From an uncultured Acidobacteriota bacterium (GTDB lineage: Bacteria > Acidobacteriota > Vicinamibacteria > Vicinamibacterales > CAVVIG01), in assembly GCA_963695635.1 (NCBI GenBank), contig CAVOHK010000005.1, positions 135,078 to 199,077 on the forward strand: DNA of 64,000 nucleotides, read 5' to 3'. Numbering within the stretch: position 1 is the first letter of the stretch; the number at the start of each line of letters is the position of its first letter. The position numbers and the translations under genes were made by a program. Shown one piece after another: positions 1 to 10,111 of the stretch. The notes beneath the pieces are model-generated. The model was not told the DNA's origin, searched no databases, and saw only the letters and a program-made list of their open reading frames with translations.

Positions 1-1652
1 GGGCGCTGATCCGCGGCTGCTGGAAATGGTCAAACACCTGTCGGACGACCAACTGAAGAAGATGTCGCTCGGCGGCCACGATCCCATCAAGGTCTACAAC
101 GCTTACAAGGCGGCGATCGACCACAAGGGGCACCGACGGTCATTCTGGCGCGCACCATCAAAGGATACGGACTCGGCGAAGCTGGTGAAGGCAAGAACAT
201 CACCCACCAGCAGAAGAAGATGAACGAAGAGGAGCTTCGCGCGTTCCGCACCCGCTTCGGCATTCCGATTTCCGACGCCGATATCGCCAAGACGCCGTTC
301 TATCGCCCCGCGGAAGACAGCAGCGAAATCAAATACCTCCGCGAGCGCCGTAAGCGCTGGGCGGTTACGTTCCCAGCCGCAAAAACCGCAGCACGCCGAT
401 CGCCTGCCGTCGGCCGAGCTGTTCGAAGAGTTCCACAAGGGCACCGAAGGCCGCAAGGCTTCGACGACGATGGTGTTCGTGCGGTTGTTGTCGAAGTTGC
501 TGCGCGACAAGGATATCGGCCGTCTGGTCGTTCCGATCGTGCCGGACGAAGCGCGCACCTTCGGCATGGAAGCGCTGTTCCGTCAGGTCGGCATCTACTC
601 GCACGCGGGCCAGCTCTACGAACCGGTCGACATGGACACACTCCTGTATTACAAGGAAGCGTCCGACGGCCAGATTCTCGAGGAAGGCATCACCGAAGCG
701 GGCTCGATGTCGTCGTTCATCGCCGCCGGCACCGCGTACGCCACTTACGGCGTGAACACGATTCCGTTCTTCATCTACTATTCGATGTTCGGCTTCCAGC
801 GGATCGGCGACCTGATTTGGGCCGCGGCCGATTCGCGCGACCCGCGGCTTCATGCTCGGCGGCACGTCCGGCCGCACCACGTTGGCCGGCGAGGGGTTGC
901 AGCATCAGGACGGCAACAGCCAGCTGCTCGCCTATCCGGTGCCGAATCTCGTCTCCTACGATCCGGCGTTCGCCTACGAGCTCGCGGTGATCATCGAAGA
1001 CGGCATCCGACGGATGTACGTCAATCAGGAAAGCATCTTCTACTACCTGACCGTGATGAACGAGCAGTATTCGATGCCCGAGATGCCGGCAGGCGCGAAG
1101 GACGGCATCCTGAAGGGAATGTACAAATTCCGCTCCAGCTCGACGCCCAACGCCAAGCTGCGTGCCCAATTGTTCGGCAGCGGGGCAATCTTGCCGGAAG
1201 TAATCAAGGCGCAGGAAATTCTCGAATCGAAGTACTCGGTTGGCGCGGACGTCTGGAGCGTCACCAGCTACAACGAACTCTATCGCGAAGGGCACGAGGT
1301 GGAGCGCTGGAACCTCCTGCATCCGGGCGGCAAGCCGAGGACGCCGTACGTCGCGCAGTGCCTCGCCGATGCACCAGGTGTCCTGATCGCCGCGTCGGAC
1401 TATATGAAGGTATTGCCCGACTCGATCGATCGCTGGCTGCCGCGGCGGTTGACGACGCTCGGCACCGACGGCTTCGGACGCAGTGAAAGCCGTGCGAGCC
1501 TGCGCGAATTCTTCGAAGTGGACTACCGCTACGTCGTCGTCGCGACGCTGGCGGCGCTGGCGCGCGACGGCAAGCTCGAAGCGTCAGTCGTCGACCAGGC
1601 GATGAAAGCGCACAACATCAACCCTGATAAAGCGAATCCAGCGATTTCGTAG
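1..1652 (+). CDS. aceE: Pyruvate dehydrogenase E1, homodimeric type; 5'-truncated by the window edge and split by about 3 indels
   Basis: Consecutive frames give [67 protein letters not shown] and [10 protein letters not shown]; stop abuts aceF. Confidence 0.95.
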
Positions 1653-3035
1653 ATGGCGACCGACTTTACACTTCCCGAGCTGGGTGAAAACATTGACGCC
1701 GGCGACGTGCTGCGCGTGCTGGTGAAGCCCGGCGACACGATTGCGAAAGACCAACCGGTCCTCGAACTCGAAACCGACAAAGCGACAATCGAAGTGCCCT
1801 CGTCGGTCGCCGGCAAGGTGAAGGACATCAAGGTGAAGGCTGGCGAGAAAGTGAAAGTCGGCCAGGCAATCCTGTCAGTTGACGACGGAGCGGCGACGAA
1901 TACTGCCGCTCCTGCAGCGAAACCCTCCGCCGCGCAACCGCCCGCGGAAAAAGCGGCAGCCTCGCCGCAGCAACCCGATCGACAGGTCGCGAAGGCGGAA
2001 CAGCCAGAAGCGGTCGCGCCGAAGCCGGTTGAAGCGAAGCAGGAACCGGCGAAGACGGAAAGCAAGGTCGTTGACATCAATCGCGGTGCCCGCGCGCCGG
2101 CCGAAACCCCAGCCGCCAGCGCCGCTCCGGAAATGCCGCCAGCGCCGGCCGCGCCATCGGTTCGTCGGGTGGCGCGCGAACTAGGCGTGGACATCAATCA
2201 GGTCGCCGGAAGCGGGGAAGCCGGACGGATTTCAATCGACGACGTGAAAGCGCATGCGAAGCGCCTTGTCACCAGCGCGGTCCGCGGTGGTGGTGGTGTC
2301 GCCGCTGAACCGCTGCCAGATTTTTCGCGCTGGGGCGAAGTCGAGCGCCAGCCGATGCGCGCCGTCCGGCGAAAGACTGCGGAGCATCTCAGTTCGGCGT
2401 GGGCCACGATTCCCCATGTCACGCAGTTCGATCTCGCCGACATCACCGCCCTCGACGAGCTGCGCAAGAAATACGCGAAGCAGGCCGAGGCCGCCGGCGG
2501 CAACCTGACGGTCACTGCGATCGCCGTCAAGATCATCGCCGCGGCCTTGCGGAAATTCCCGCAGTTCAACGCCTCGGTCGACATCGCCGCGAGCGAAGTG
2601 GTACTGAAGAAATTCATCAACATCGGCATCGCCGTCGACACCGACCGTGGTCTGTTGGTTCCGGTCATCCGCAACGCCGATCAGAAGAACATCATTCAAA
2701 TCGCCGTTGAACTGGCACAGCTTTCCGAGAAGGCACGCAATCGGAAGATCGCGCTCGAAGAGATGCAGGGCGGGACGTTCAGCATCTCGAATCTCGGCGG
2801 CATTGGCGGCACTTACTTCACGCCGATCGTCAACGCTCCGGAAGTGGCGATCCTCGGTATTTCACGCGGCTCGATGCAGCCGAAGTTCGACAACGGCGGC
2901 TTCGCGCCGCGGTTGATGCTGCCGCTGTCGTTGTCCTACGACCATCGCGTTATTGACGGCGCCGACGGCATCCGGTTCCTGCGCTGGGTCGCCGAAGCGC
3001 TGGAGCAGCCGTTCCTGCTCGCCCTCAATGGTTAA
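1653..3035 (+). CDS. aceF: Dihydrolipoamide acetyltransferase (E2) with one lipoyl domain
   Basis: Lipoyl motif ETDKA, Ala/Pro linker, E3-binding segment PSVRRVARELGVD, catalytic DHRVIDG. Confidence 0.95.
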   Translation: MATDFTLPELGENIDAGDVLRVLVKPGDTIAKDQPVLELETDKATIEVPSSVAGKVKDIKVKAGEKVKVGQAILSVDDGAATNTAAPAAKPSAAQPPAEKAAASPQQPDRQVAKAEQPEAVAPKPVEAKQEPAKTESKVVDINRGARAPAETPAASAAPEMPPAPAAPSVRRVARELGVDINQVAGSGEAGRISIDDVKAHAKRLVTSAVRGGGGVAAEPLPDFSRWGEVERQPMRAVRRKTAEHLSSAWATIPHVTQFDLADITALDELRKKYAKQAEAAGGNLTVTAIAVKIIAAALRKFPQFNASVDIAASEVVLKKFINIGIAVDTDRGLLVPVIRNADQKNIIQIAVELAQLSEKARNRKIALEEMQGGTFSISNLGGIGGTYFTPIVNAPEVAILGISRGSMQPKFDNGGFAPRLMLPLSLSYDHRVIDGADGIRFLRWVAEALEQPFLLALNG

Positions 3036-4440
3036 TGTTCAAGTCGTCGTTGTCGGCGGCGGCCCCGGGGGCTACGCCGCCGCATTCCTCGCAGCCGATC
3101 TCGGACTCTCCACTGCGCTGATCGATCCGGAAGTCAACCCGGGCGGGGTGTGCGTGTATCGCGGTTGCATCCCGTCCAAGGCGCTGTTGCACGTCGCGAA
3201 AGTGATCGACGAATCGCGGCATGCCAAGGCGTGGGGCGTTGAATTCAACGAGCCGAAGCTCGATCTGGCTAAACTGCGCGACTTCAAGAACAACGTTGTC
3301 AAGCGGTTGACCAGCGGCACCGGCCAGTTGGTGAAGCATCGCAAGGTGCAGTACCTCCAGGGCTGGGCCGAAATCGTCGACGGCCACAATCTGACCGTGA
3401 AGCTGGCTTCCGGTACGAACGAGCAGGTGCAGTTCGAGCACGCCATTCTCGCGACCGGGTCGTTGCCGGCGATTCCGCCGACGCTGAAGCTCGACGACCC
3501 GCGCGTGATGGATTCAACCGGTGCGCTCGACCTGCCGGACATTCCGAAATCGCTGCTGGTCGTCGGCGGTGGCTACATCGGTCTGGAACTCGGGACTGTC
3601 TACGCCGCGCTGGGCAGCGCCGTTACAGTCGTCGAAATGACACCGGGTTTGCTGCCGGGTGCCGATCGCGATCTGGTTGACGTTCTCGCGAAGCGCGTCG
3701 TGCAGACCATGAAAAGCGTGCTGCTCGAAACGAAAGTCGTGAAGATGACGGCCGAGTCGAACGGCATTCGGGTGACGTTCGAGGGCAAAGACCACCCGGC
3801 CGAGCAGGTCTTCGATCGCGTCCTGGTGGCGGTGGGGCGCCGGCCGAACTCGAAGATCCCCGGACTCGAGCGGACCCAGGTGCAGGTCGATCAGCGCGGC
3901 TTCATCATGGTGGACGAGCAGCGGCGCACTCACGAACCGTCGATCTTCGCGATCGGCGACGTGGTCGGCGAGCCGATGCTGGCGCACAAAGCGTCGCACG
4001 AAGGACGCGTTGCCGTCGAAGTGATGGCGGGAGAGAACGTGGCGTTCGCGCCGCGCGCCATTCCCGCGGTGGTTTTCACCGATCCGGAATTGGCATGGGC
4101 CGGACTGACGCAATCACAGGCGGAAAAAGACGGCCGTTCGGTGTCGATCGCAAAATTCCCGTGGGGCGCGTCAGGACGCGCGATTACCCTCGACCGTCTC
4201 GACGGTTTGACGAAGCTGATCCTCGATCCCGAAAGCGAGCGGATCCTCGGAGTGGGCCTGGTCGGCCCCGGCGCCGGCGAATTGATTGCCGAAGGGGTGC
4301 TGGCGATCGAGATGGGCGCGAACGCCACCGACCTCAAGCTGTCGATTCATCCGCATCCGACGCTGACCGAGACGCTGATGGAATCGGCGGAGGTGTTCTT
4401 CGGCCAGGCGACGCACGTCTATCGCCCGAAGCGTGGCTGA
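3028..4440 (+). CDS. lpdA: Dihydrolipoyl dehydrogenase (E3)
   Basis: GGGPGG FAD motif, GGVCVYRGCIPSK redox disulfide, HPHPT; ATG at 3028 overlaps the aceF stop. Confidence 0.96.
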   Translation: MVNVQVVVVGGGPGGYAAAFLAADLGLSTALIDPEVNPGGVCVYRGCIPSKALLHVAKVIDESRHAKAWGVEFNEPKLDLAKLRDFKNNVVKRLTSGTGQLVKHRKVQYLQGWAEIVDGHNLTVKLASGTNEQVQFEHAILATGSLPAIPPTLKLDDPRVMDSTGALDLPDIPKSLLVVGGGYIGLELGTVYAALGSAVTVVEMTPGLLPGADRDLVDVLAKRVVQTMKSVLLETKVVKMTAESNGIRVTFEGKDHPAEQVFDRVLVAVGRRPNSKIPGLERTQVQVDQRGFIMVDEQRRTHEPSIFAIGDVVGEPMLAHKASHEGRVAVEVMAGENVAFAPRAIPAVVFTDPELAWAGLTQSQAEKDGRSVSIAKFPWGASGRAITLDRLDGLTKLILDPESERILGVGLVGPGAGELIAEGVLAIEMGANATDLKLSIHPHPTLTETLMESAEVFFGQATHVYRPKRG

Positions 4441-4443
4441 CCG

Positions 4444-4638
4444 TTACGATGCGCGGGTGACCGCGCCGGTCGCGGTCCAGCGCAGGTAGGCGGCCGCCAC
4501 CAGCAGGTCGATCACCCGCCGGCAGGTTTCCAGTTCCAACCCCCACAACCGCATCGCCTGCACCGGCGTCAGGTGCAGGCCCGGCATTTCGCGGAACTCT
4601 TCGCGTACGCGACGGACGATCGATTCAAGGTCGTTCAT
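4444..4638 (-). CDS. Small 64-aa hypothetical protein, probable winged-helix fold
   Basis: MNDLESIVRRVREEFREMPGLHLTPVQAMRLWGL...; GAAAGG SD-like sequence upstream; overlaps the end of the upstream gene. Confidence 0.7.
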   Translation of the reverse strand: MNDLESIVRRVREEFREMPGLHLTPVQAMRLWGLELETCRRVIDLLVAAAYLRWTATGAVTRAS

Positions 4639-5218
4639 GGCCGTGCCTTTCCAATCCGGGACTGACCGCCGCGGCGGTTCGTTTTTCGCTGAGCAACTCC
4701 TGTCGAACGCGCGTTTCCACCGTCTGCGCGGCGGCGGTCTCGAAGGTCGCACCCGCGGCCGCCGCCGTCGAGATCGTCCTGATGCCGATGCGATCGAAAT
4801 ACTGCGCCATCGCCCGCGGATCAGCGACGGTCGGATCCTCGGCGATTTCCGCGGCGTGCTGCAGCTCGTGTCCGAGTGTGACCAGTTGCTCGAGCCGCGA
4901 TCGCGGGCAACCAATTTCGATGATCAGCAAACGGGTCGGCAGATCCGAGCGTACGAATCCGGTGCGACCGTTCAGCGTCGATCCTGCAAACATGCGGTGA
5001 CGGACATAGACCACCACGTCTGACTGCTCGAGCGCGATCAGCAGGGTGCGAGCGGTTGGCGAGCGTTGGACGAGATCTTCGAGCAGACTGGCAGTCTCAG
5101 AGGTTTCCGGACGAACACGCGGCGCCGGCGTGGCGTGAGTCTGCGCCAGCGCCAGCGCCCCGGTCATCAGCACCGCGGCGCCCGTGATCGGGAGGGAACG
5201 ACGAAGCGACGACGGCAT
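4625..5218 (-). CDS. Secreted protein with HExxH zincin-like motif
   Basis: Signal peptide ending ALALA-Q; motif LGHELQHAAE. Confidence 0.7.
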   Translation of the reverse strand: MPSSLRRSLPITGAAVLMTGALALAQTHATPAPRVRPETSETASLLEDLVQRSPTARTLLIALEQSDVVVYVRHRMFAGSTLNGRTGFVRSDLPTRLLIIEIGCPRSRLEQLVTLGHELQHAAEIAEDPTVADPRAMAQYFDRIGIRTISTAAAAGATFETAAAQTVETRVRQELLSEKRTAAAVSPGLERHGHERP

Positions 5219-5230
5219 GCGCGGTCGAGG

Positions 5231-5246
5231 AGCAAGACCAGGACCA
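5231..5246 (-). promoter_or_regulatory. Sigma54 -24/-12 promoter for the gene starting at 5218
   Basis: Minus strand TGGTCC-TGGTC-TTGCT, an exact GG-N10-GC; predicted start site about 5220. Confidence 0.7.
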
Positions 5247-5317
5247 GTTCAGGGCGCCGTGCGATGGCGTCAATCGCCGCAGATTTCGCGTCATGAAATT
5301 GTCATCGCCTGCTGCTC

Positions 5318-5444
5318 CTACGTAGATGTCGGTTGCTCACACCAGTCCGACAATTATGTCGAATTCGCCGGAAATGCCATGTTGCGCCGCGCTCCAAAAC
5401 AGACAAAAATGTCCCCTCGGATATGAAGACCGACAGGAATGTCG
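5318..5444. promoter_or_regulatory. Four CGACA-N4-TGTCG-like palindromes, probable binding sites of the sigma54 activator
   Basis: CTACGtagaTGTCG 5318, CGACAattaTGTCG 5348, AGACAaaaaTGTCC 5401, CGACAggaaTGTCG 5431; two pairs, each 30 bp apart. Confidence 0.65.
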
Positions 5445-6988
5445 AATCGAACAACGAGGCCGATCGCAAGGCCAGTGAAGTACGGCGGCTGGCGACGCTG
5501 CTCGACATCAGTCAGGCAATCTCGGGCACGCTGCAGCTCAAGTCGTCGTTGCATCGTGTGCTGGAAATTCTCGCGAAAAACCACGGTGCGGTCCGCAGCA
5601 TCGTGTCGCTGCTGCACGGGGACGGCGACCTGCGGGTCGAGGCGTCGGACGGACTCGGCGACGCCTCGCGAGTCCGCTACCGGATGGGCGAGGGCATCAC
5701 CGGGCGGGTGGTCGAGAGCGGCAAGCCGATCGTCGTGCCGCGGGTCAGCCGCGAGCCGGCATTTCTGCATCGCGCGGCGCGGCGGCCGGAGTTGTCGAAC
5801 CAGGAGCTGAGTTTCATCTGCGTGCCGATTCTGTTGAACCGGCGCGCGGTCGGCGCGCTGGCGATCGATCTGAAATTCAAGGCGGATCGTGATTTCGATC
5901 GCACCGTGAAATTTCTCGGCATCGTCGCGTCGATGATCGCGCAGGCGCTGAAGATTCATCGCTTGATCGACGAAGACAAGCGACGGCTGGTCGACGAAAA
6001 CGCCCATCTCAAGCAGGAACTGCGCGAACGCTACGACTTTTCCAACCTGGTCGGCACCAGCGGGCCGATGCGGCAAATCTACGAGCAGGTCGCGCAGGTC
6101 GCCGGCACCAATACCACGGTTCTGGTTCGCGGCGAGTCGGGGACCGGCAAAGAGCTGATCGCGCATGCGATTCACTACAACTCGCCGCGCGCGGCGAAGC
6201 CATTGGTCAAAGTCAGTTGTGCGGCGCTGCCCGAGAGCTTGATCGAGTCCGAGCTGTTCGGCTACGAGAAGGGCGCATTCACCGGCGCCGAGGCGCGCAA
6301 GAAAGGCCGCTTCGAGCTGGCCGAGGGCGGCACGCTGTTTCTCGACGAAATCGGCGACGTCAATCTCGCCACGCAGGTCAAGCTGCTGCGCGTCCTGCAG
6401 CAACGCGAATTCGAACGGGTTGGCGGCGTCGATACGGTCAAGGCCAACGTCCGATTGCTGGCCGCGACCAATCAGGATCTCGAGCGCGCGATCGCCGCGG
6501 GGACCTTCCGCGAGGATCTCTATTACCGGCTGAACGTGTTCACGATTTTCGTGCCGCCGCTGCGCGAGCGGAAAGCCGACCTGCTGCTGCTGGTCGATCA
6601 CTTTCTCGAGAAGTTCGCGCGCGAACATCGCCGCAGCATCAAGCGCATCTCCACGCCGGCGATCGACATGCTGACCAGCTACCACTGGCCAGGCAACGTC
6701 CGCGAACTGGAAAACACCCTCGAGCGCTCGGTGTTGATGTGCGACGGGGAAGTGATCCACGGCCATCACCTGCCGCCGTCGCTGCAGACCGCCGAAGCGT
6801 CAGGCACGGTGATGCGCGTCTCGCTGAAGGACGCGGTGTCGGGCTACGAAAAGGATCTGATTCAGGATGCGTTGAAGACCACCCGCGGCAATTGCGCGAA
6901 AGCGGCCCGGTTGCTCGACACCACCGAGCGGATCGTCAGTTACAAAGTCCGGCAGTACGGGATTGACGCGCGCAGATTCAGGAGTTGA
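5423..6988 (+). CDS. Sigma54 enhancer-binding protein, GAF-AAA+-HTH (NifA-like architecture); start approximate
   Basis: GAF ([18 protein letters not shown]), Walker [32 protein letters not shown]-terminal Fis-like HTH. Confidence 0.93.
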   Translation: MKTDRNVESNNEADRKASEVRRLATLLDISQAISGTLQLKSSLHRVLEILAKNHGAVRSIVSLLHGDGDLRVEASDGLGDASRVRYRMGEGITGRVVESGKPIVVPRVSREPAFLHRAARRPELSNQELSFICVPILLNRRAVGALAIDLKFKADRDFDRTVKFLGIVASMIAQALKIHRLIDEDKRRLVDENAHLKQELRERYDFSNLVGTSGPMRQIYEQVAQVAGTNTTVLVRGESGTGKELIAHAIHYNSPRAAKPLVKVSCAALPESLIESELFGYEKGAFTGAEARKKGRFELAEGGTLFLDEIGDVNLATQVKLLRVLQQREFERVGGVDTVKANVRLLAATNQDLERAIAAGTFREDLYYRLNVFTIFVPPLRERKADLLLLVDHFLEKFAREHRRSIKRISTPAIDMLTSYHWPGNVRELENTLERSVLMCDGEVIHGHHLPPSLQTAEASGTVMRVSLKDAVSGYEKDLIQDALKTTRGNCAKAARLLDTTERIVSYKVRQYGIDARRFRS

Positions 6989-7011
6989 AGGGTGGCGGAG
7001 TCCGCGCCCGA

Positions 7012-7947
7012 CTAGCGGGCCGCGGCCCGGGCGTAGGCGTCGGCGGTTTCGTGGGCGTGATAGGAACTGCGCACCAGCGGACCGGACTCGACGTGGACGA
7101 ACCCGAGGTCCAGCGCGATCCGTTTCAGCTCGGCGAACTCGTCGGGATGGTAATAGCGGACCATCGGCGTGTGTGCGGCTGACGGCCGCAGATACTGTCC
7201 AATCGTCAGCACCTGGGTTTCGACGCTGCGCAGGTCCTTGAACGTCTGCACCAGCTCTTCGTGCTCTTCGCCGAGGCCAACCATCAGTCCGGTTTTGGTC
7301 GGAATGTCCGGCGCATAGCGACGCGATCGCTCGAGCAGTTCCAGCGTCCGCGCATAACGTCCGCCCGAGCGCGCCATCTTATAGAGACGGGGCACGGTTT
7401 CGGTGTTGTGGTTCAGCACGTCGGGCTTCGCGTCCAGCACCGTGCGGAGCGAGGCGTGGTTGCCCTGAAAGTCCGGAATCAGCACTTCGATCCGGCAGTT
7501 CGCCAGGCGCGCACGCGTTTCGCGAATCGTTTCCGCGAAGATCGACGCGCCGCCGTCAGCCAGGTCGTCGCGATCGACCGAGGTGATGACGACGTAGTTG
7601 AGATCGAGCGTCTTGATGGCGTTGGCGACGCGTGACGGCTCGGCGGTGTCGACCGCGTTCGGCCGGCCGTGGGCGACCGCACAATACGAACAAGCGCGCG
7701 TGCAGACGTCGCCGAGGATCATGAAGGTGGCGGTGCCGTGGTTCCAGCACTCGCCGATGTTCGGGCAGCGCGCTTCCTCGCACACGGTGTGGAGGTTGAG
7801 CTCGCGCATCAGCCCCTTCAACCGCGTGTAGCTGGGCGAACCCGGCGCCCGCACTTTCAGCCACTCGGGCTTTCCGCCTTGCTTCGGCGGACCGTCGTAG
7901 CCTTGGCGGCGGGCGTGAGCCGGGATCAACGGTATTACTCGCGCCAT
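7012..7947 (-). CDS. lipA: Lipoyl synthase
   Basis: KPEWLK, CEEARCPNIGEC, CTRACSYC, VRSSYHA. Confidence 0.96.
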   Translation of the reverse strand: MARVIPLIPAHARRQGYDGPPKQGGKPEWLKVRAPGSPSYTRLKGLMRELNLHTVCEEARCPNIGECWNHGTATFMILGDVCTRACSYCAVAHGRPNAVDTAEPSRVANAIKTLDLNYVVITSVDRDDLADGGASIFAETIRETRARLANCRIEVLIPDFQGNHASLRTVLDAKPDVLNHNTETVPRLYKMARSGGRYARTLELLERSRRYAPDIPTKTGLMVGLGEEHEELVQTFKDLRSVETQVLTIGQYLRPSAAHTPMVRYYHPDEFAELKRIALDLGFVHVESGPLVRSSYHAHETADAYARAAAR

Positions 7948-7978
7948 AAACTGTGTCCGACCTTCTATTATATCGGCC

Positions 7979-8398
7979 GTGGCGCTGTTCCATTCCATTC
8001 CGCTTCGCGTGATGTGGGCCGACACCGATCCGGCCGGCATCGTCTGGTTCGGGGTCTTCTTTCGCTACTTCGAGAACGCCGAGGAGGAGTTGTTCCGCCG
8101 GCTCGGCACGGATCGGACCGCGCTGCTCGGCAAGCTCGGGATCTTCATGCCGCGGACGTCGCTGCAGTCACGCTTTCGCTCGCCGGCGAAGCTCGGGGAC
8201 GAGATCGCCGTCGGTGTCGGTATTACCGCGATCACCGAGCGGCGGATCGAATACGTGTTCGATATCACCGAACGCGGCACCGACCGATTCATTTGCGATG
8301 CGTCGTACCGCGTCGCCTGCGTCGATGCCACGACTTTCACGCCGCGGGCGTTTCCGACTGAAATTGTCGACTATGCTGCGGCCGGCGGTTCGTCGTGA
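7979..8398 (+). CDS. Acyl-CoA thioesterase, 4HBT/YbgC hotdog family
   Basis: VMWADTDPAGIVWF...YFENAE; GTGA overlap with the ligase. Confidence 0.85.
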   Translation: MALFHSIPLRVMWADTDPAGIVWFGVFFRYFENAEEELFRRLGTDRTALLGKLGIFMPRTSLQSRFRSPAKLGDEIAVGVGITAITERRIEYVFDITERGTDRFICDASYRVACVDATTFTPRAFPTEIVDYAAAGGSS

Positions 8399-9977
8399 GC
8401 GCGAGCGCTGCCTCGCTCGGCGTCCCCGACACGTTCAACGTTGCGGCGCACTTCGTCGATCGCAACATCGCCGAAGGCCGTGGCGCACGCGTCGCCATTG
8501 AATTCGGCGACGAGCGGATCACCTACGACGAAGTGTTGCGCAACGTCAATCGATGCGGCAATGCTCTGCGGCAGCAGCTCGGGGTCCGCGCCGAGGAGCG
8601 CGTGCTGATCCTGCTGCACGACGGTCCAGCGTTCGTCTACGCGTTTTTTGGCGCGATCAAGATCGGCGCGGTTCCAGTGCCGCTGAACACCTTGTGGAAG
8701 GCGGCCGACTACGAACACGTCATCCGCGACTCACGCGCAGCGGTCCTGATTGTCGGTGCGGCCTTGTTGGCGCAGATTGAGGCAACTCCGCGGGAGTCGC
8801 GACGCACGCTTCGCGAGATCGTCGTGGTCAACGACGCACTGCGACCCGCGACGATCGGTATGTTGATTTCGCGACGCTCGTCGCGCAGGCGTCGAGCGAG
8901 CTGGCCGCGGAGATCGTCAGCCGTGACGCGCCAGCTTTCTGGCTCTATTCCTCCGGCAGCACCGGCAAGCCGAAGGGCTGTGTGCACCTGCATCACGACA
9001 TGGTCGTTTGTGCCGAGTTGTTTGGCCGCGGCATTCTCGGTATCACGATCGACGACCGCACCTTCAGTGTCGCGAAGTTGTTTTTCGCTTATGGACTGGG
9101 GAACGGCTTGTACTTTCCGTTCTCGGTCGGCGCGACGACGATCCTGTGGCCTGGGCCGCCGACGCCGCCAACGTCTACAGCGTGATCGAGCGTCACCGGC
9201 CGACGCTGTTCTATTCAGTGCCGACCGGATACGGCATGCTGCTCGCGCATAACCAGCCGGAGGGCGGGGCGGATTTCGATCTCGGTTCGCTGCGGCTCGC
9301 TGTGTCGGCAGGCGAGGCGTTACCGCCGCCGCTCTATGAACGGTTCAAGCAGCGCTTCAACGTCGACATCATCGACGGCATCGGATCGACCGAAGCGCTG
9401 CACATGTTTATCTCCAACCGGCCCGGAGCGATTCGGCCCGGGTCGAGCGGACAAGTCGTCCCCGGCTACGACGCACGCGTGCGTCGACGAACACGGCGTC
9501 GAGGTGCCGATCGGTGAAGTCGGGAATCTGTTTGTTCGTGGCGATTCCGTCTGCGCGGCGTATTGGAATCAGCACGAGAAAACCAAAGACACGATTGAAG
9601 GCCACTGGTTGAAGACCGGCGACAAGTACACGGTGGATGCGGACGGCTATTTCTGGTATTGCGGGCGGTCGGACGACATGCTGAAAGTCGGCGGTCTGTG
9701 GGTGAGTCCGATCGAGGTGGAAAATGCCCTGGTCGCGCATCCGGCCGTGCTGGAATGCGGCGTCGTCGGTCGCGAGGATCATGACGGTCTGGTGAAGCCG
9801 ATGGCCGTTGTCGCCGTCCGCCCCGGACACGCCGCGACGCCCGAGCTGGCTCAGGCGCTGCAGCAGTTCGTCCGCGAACGGCTGGCGGAATACAAACGGC
9901 CGCGGTGGGTGGAGTTTGTCGCCGAACTCCCCAAGACCGCCACCGGCAAAATCCAGCGCTTCAAGCTCCGCGGCTGA
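8395..9977 (+). CDS. Benzoate-CoA ligase family protein, split by about 3 indels
   Basis: FNVAAHFVDRN, AMP-binding FWLYSSGSTGKPKG, SVAKLFFAYGLGN, SAGEAL, DGIGSTEALH, GRSDDMLKVGG, PKTATGKIQR. Confidence 0.9.
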
Positions 9978-9978
9978 T

Positions 9979-10062
9979 CAGGGACGGTCCCGGGGACAGT
10001 CCCGGGGCCTGTCCCCTACCCTGTCCCCGGGCCTATCCCCGAGCCTGGCCCCGGGACAGGCC
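9979..10062. repeat. Seven degenerate tandem 12-mers (CSGGGMCWGTCC)
   Basis: CAGGGACGGTCC CGGGGACAGTCC CGGGGCCTGTCC CCTACCCTGTCC CCGGGCCTATCC CCGAGCCTGGCC CCGGGACAGGCC. Confidence 0.85.
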
Positions 10063-10111
10063 CCGACGAACTGCCAACATTGGCGCGGGAAGCGCCGTCT
10101 AAGACTGCAAT

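Noticed and set aside
1..1652. aceE pseudogene or programmed frameshifting
   Set aside because: Motifs are intact, partner genes are complete, no consistent slippery sites were seen, and similar indels occur throughout the window
5423..6988. nifA and nitrogen fixation
   Set aside because: The architecture is NifA-like, but there are no nif genes and the nearby palindromes are not TGT-N10-ACA
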